From Octopus sinensis (Eukaryota), in NCBI RefSeq assembly GCF_006345805.1, contig NC_043004.1, forward strand, positions 92,814,001-92,878,000: a DNA stretch of 64,000 nt, written 5' to 3'. This document shows positions 61,460-64,000 of this stretch, one piece after another; position 1 is the stretch's first letter; the number at the start of each line of letters is the position of its first letter. The translations under genes and the position numbers were made by a program. Under the pieces are notes generated by a model that was not told the origin of the DNA, made no database searches, and saw nothing but the letters and a program-made list of their open reading frames with translations.

Positions 61460-62829
61460 GGTGGCACATAAAAACACCATCCGAAGACCCGGCGACGTAG
61501 TCAGTCCACCTGTGCATACCTTCCTACTTATGACACTTGTGAAGACCTGTTGAGGCAAGTGTGTGACACTTGTGTAGACCTGTTGAGGCAAGTGAAAATC
61601 AAAATCAAAATCAAATCAAATCAAATCAAACCAAATCAAAATAGATGAACATCAATGGAATTTGTATCTTTGTGGTACCAGTACCGGTGGCACACAAGAA
61701 AACCATCCGAACGTGGCCGTAGCCAGTACCGCATCGACTGGCCTCTGTGATGTGGGCACATAACAAACACCATCCGATCGTGGCCGTCCGCCAGCCTCAT
61801 CTGGCACCTGTGTCGGTGGCACATAAAAACACCAACCGAAGACCCGGCAAGACTTGTCAGGCCATAACCCGTGGCCCCTACTTGGGACGTAGTCAGTCCA
61901 CCTGTGCATACCTTCCTTCCTTCTTGTGACACTTGTGAAGACCTGTGAAGACCTGTTGAGGCAAGTGAAAATCAAATCAAATCAGATCAAAATAGATGAA
62001 CATCAATGGAATTTGTATCTTTGTGGTACCAGTGCCGGTGGCACACAAGAAAACCATCCGAACGTGGCCGTAGCCAGTACCGCGTCGACTGGCCTCCGTG
62101 CTGTGGGCACGCAACAAACACCATCCGATCGTGGCCGTTCGCCAGCCTCATCTGGCACCTGTGTCGGTGGCACATAAAAACACCATCCGAAGACCCGGCA
62201 AGACTTGTCAGGCCATAACCCGTGGCCCCTACCTGGGACGTAGTCAGTCCACTTGTGCATACCTTCCTTCTTGTGACACTTGTGAAGACCTGTTGAGGCA
62301 AGTGAAAATCAAATCAAAATCAAAACAAATCAAAATAGATGAACATCAATGGAATTTGTATCTTTGTGGTACCAGTGCCGGTGGTACCAGTGCCGGTGGC
62401 ACACAAGAAAATCATCCGAACGTGGCCGTAGCCAGTACCGCATAGACTGGCCTCCGTGCTTGGGGACGTAACAAACACCATCCGATCGTGGCCGTCCGCC
62501 AGCCTCATCTGGCACCTGTGTCGGTGGCACATAAAAACACCATCCGAGCGTGGCCGTCTGCCAGCCTCGTCTGGCACCTGTGTCGGTGGCACATAAAAAC
62601 ACCATCCGAGCGTGGCCGTTCGCCAGCCTCGTCTGGCACCTGTGTCGGTGGCACATAAAATCACCCACTACACTCTCGGAGTGGTTGGCGTTAGGAAGGG
62701 CATCCAGCTGTAGAAACACTGCCAGATCTGACTGGCCTGGTGCAGCCTTCGGGCTCCCCAGACCCCAGTTGAACCATCCAACCCATGCTAGCATGGAAAA
62801 CGGACGCTAAATGATGATGATGATGATGA

Positions 62830-62830
<1 letters not shown>
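61456..62830 (+). mobile_element. RTE-type 3' end with internally amplified tandem array (~3 units of ~340-400 bp plus ~58-bp subrepeats), ending in (GAT)n
   Basis: GAAGACCTGTTGAGGCAAGTGAAAATCAAA recurs at ~61570, ~61950 and ~62285; CACCTGTGTCGGTGGCACATAAAA recurs; terminus matches the other RTE ends. Confidence 0.85.
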
Positions 62831-62898
<68 letters not shown>

Positions 62899-62952
62899 AT
62901 ATGTATATATATATGTATATATATATGTATATATATATACACATATATTATA

Positions 62953-63506
62953 CAGAGTCCATCAAAGAAATGTGTACACACTTCAGGAAAAGAAAAACTT
63001 AAAATAAACAGTTAGATGCAATATAATAAAATAGAGGAAAAATTTTATCATCACTGATGACTGATTGTGCCAAAGCACCTATATTGCAAGAAATAAGAGT
63101 TAAAAGCTATTACTGCTGTACAAGACATGCAATATATATATATATATACACACATATATATACACACTGACAGCGGAGATAACTACCCCATGAGCATCTC
63201 TAGGATCACTAGGCTTGACTACTTCCAACTACCTGTAGTAGGCTTGTCAATAGTGACTATTCAAACATTTGATGGTTGACTGAACATGGATGTCAATATA
63301 TATATATTTTACTATCAAAATTTATGGTTGATTTAGCAAAATGCTAATGCATATATTAAAAATTAATTCAAACAGCTAGGCACAATATAATACTACAAAG
63401 GGAAAATTTTATTGTTACTAATTGTGACTAACGCACCGGTGTTGCAAGAAATAAGAGTATTGTGATGTAGATAGATTATGTTTGTGTGAGCAAACAAGCA
63501 TGTGCA

Positions 63507-63538
<32 letters not shown>

Positions 63539-63789
63539 CAATTATCAGTTCGTTTTTTTAGGGAATTCTCATAAATTTTCCAAACTGACAGCAAAGGAAA
63601 ACATACTTAGACAGAATGAAACATTACAATTTCACCTTAGCTAGGGCTGATTATACTGAGAAAATTCAATGTAATCCTAATAGGGATTAAAAAAAGGTAC
63701 ATAAAGAAGTGAAAATTGGCTGGGGTGTTCAAATATTTCTACAAAATTTCTTTTCCTGAAGTGTGTAAACATTTCTTTGATGGACTCTG
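62953..63789. mobile_element. non-autonomous Tc1/mariner-type element (837 bp, 43-bp TIRs, TA TSD)
   Basis: TA|CAGAGTCCATCAAAGAAATGTGTACACACTTCAGGAAAAGAAA at 62953-62995 and its reverse complement at 63747-63789|TA, 1 mismatch. Confidence 0.88.
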
Positions 63790-63800
63790 TATAACGTATG

Positions 63801-63845
<45 letters not shown>

Positions 63846-64000
63846 AGTGAATTGAAGAAATGGAGTTGAACGAAGATTGAACAGAAATCGTTTTATTGCA
63901 TTCTACACGTGTTTCGAAAGGCACAATTTACCAAATTCTGATTGAATAAGGAGATTAATAAGGAGATTAATCTGCAACAAGATTATTCATCTTTCTATTT

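Noticed and set aside
62440-62670. CRISPR-like regular repeats (CACCTGTGTCGGTGGCACATAAAA)
   Set aside because: The 'spacers' are copies of each other, the context is a eukaryotic RTE 3' UTR, and no cas genes are present.
1-64000. Most short ORFs in the supplied track (poly-IY, CV, HT, His, Asp, Thr, Gly)
   Set aside because: They are translations of (TA)n, (TG)n, (CAT)n, (ACT)n and (GGT)n microsatellites or of SINE/LINE sequence, with no splice or homology support.

Overview
AT-rich, microsatellite- and transposon-dense eukaryotic genomic DNA. The repeat families I recognise (tRNA-derived SINEs, RTE 3' ends with (GAT)n tails) suggest an octopus/coleoid cephalopod; this is recognition from memory, not a database result. 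The only host genes are two convergent (tail-to-tail) paralogs of a multi-pass membrane protein that I identify as DUF389 (TIGR00341-like). The minus-strand copy assembles by hand into 15 GT-AG exons with consistent phases (60399 to 32135, 1593 nt, 530 aa; the 5' end may lie outside the window). The plus-strand copy contributes its last four clear exons (1412-14337). Intronic and 3' flanking homology shows an inverted segmental duplication (~0.5-15.5 kb vs ~29.0-41.6 kb). The paralogs' terminal coding exons are visibly diverged (indels, a 1-nt frameshift), but about 1 kb just downstream is nearly identical, which suggests gene conversion. The rest is RTE, CR1 and Tx1/L1 LINE relics, Tc1/mariner and Tigger relics, Helitron-like, piggyBac-like and Tc1-like non-autonomous elements, several SINE families, and a Penelope-like element. 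Notable structures are two minimal hammerhead-ribozyme motifs, three long or perfect inverted repeats, and a phased GGAAA-motif array. TE boundaries without terminal repeats and all percent identities are by-eye estimates.
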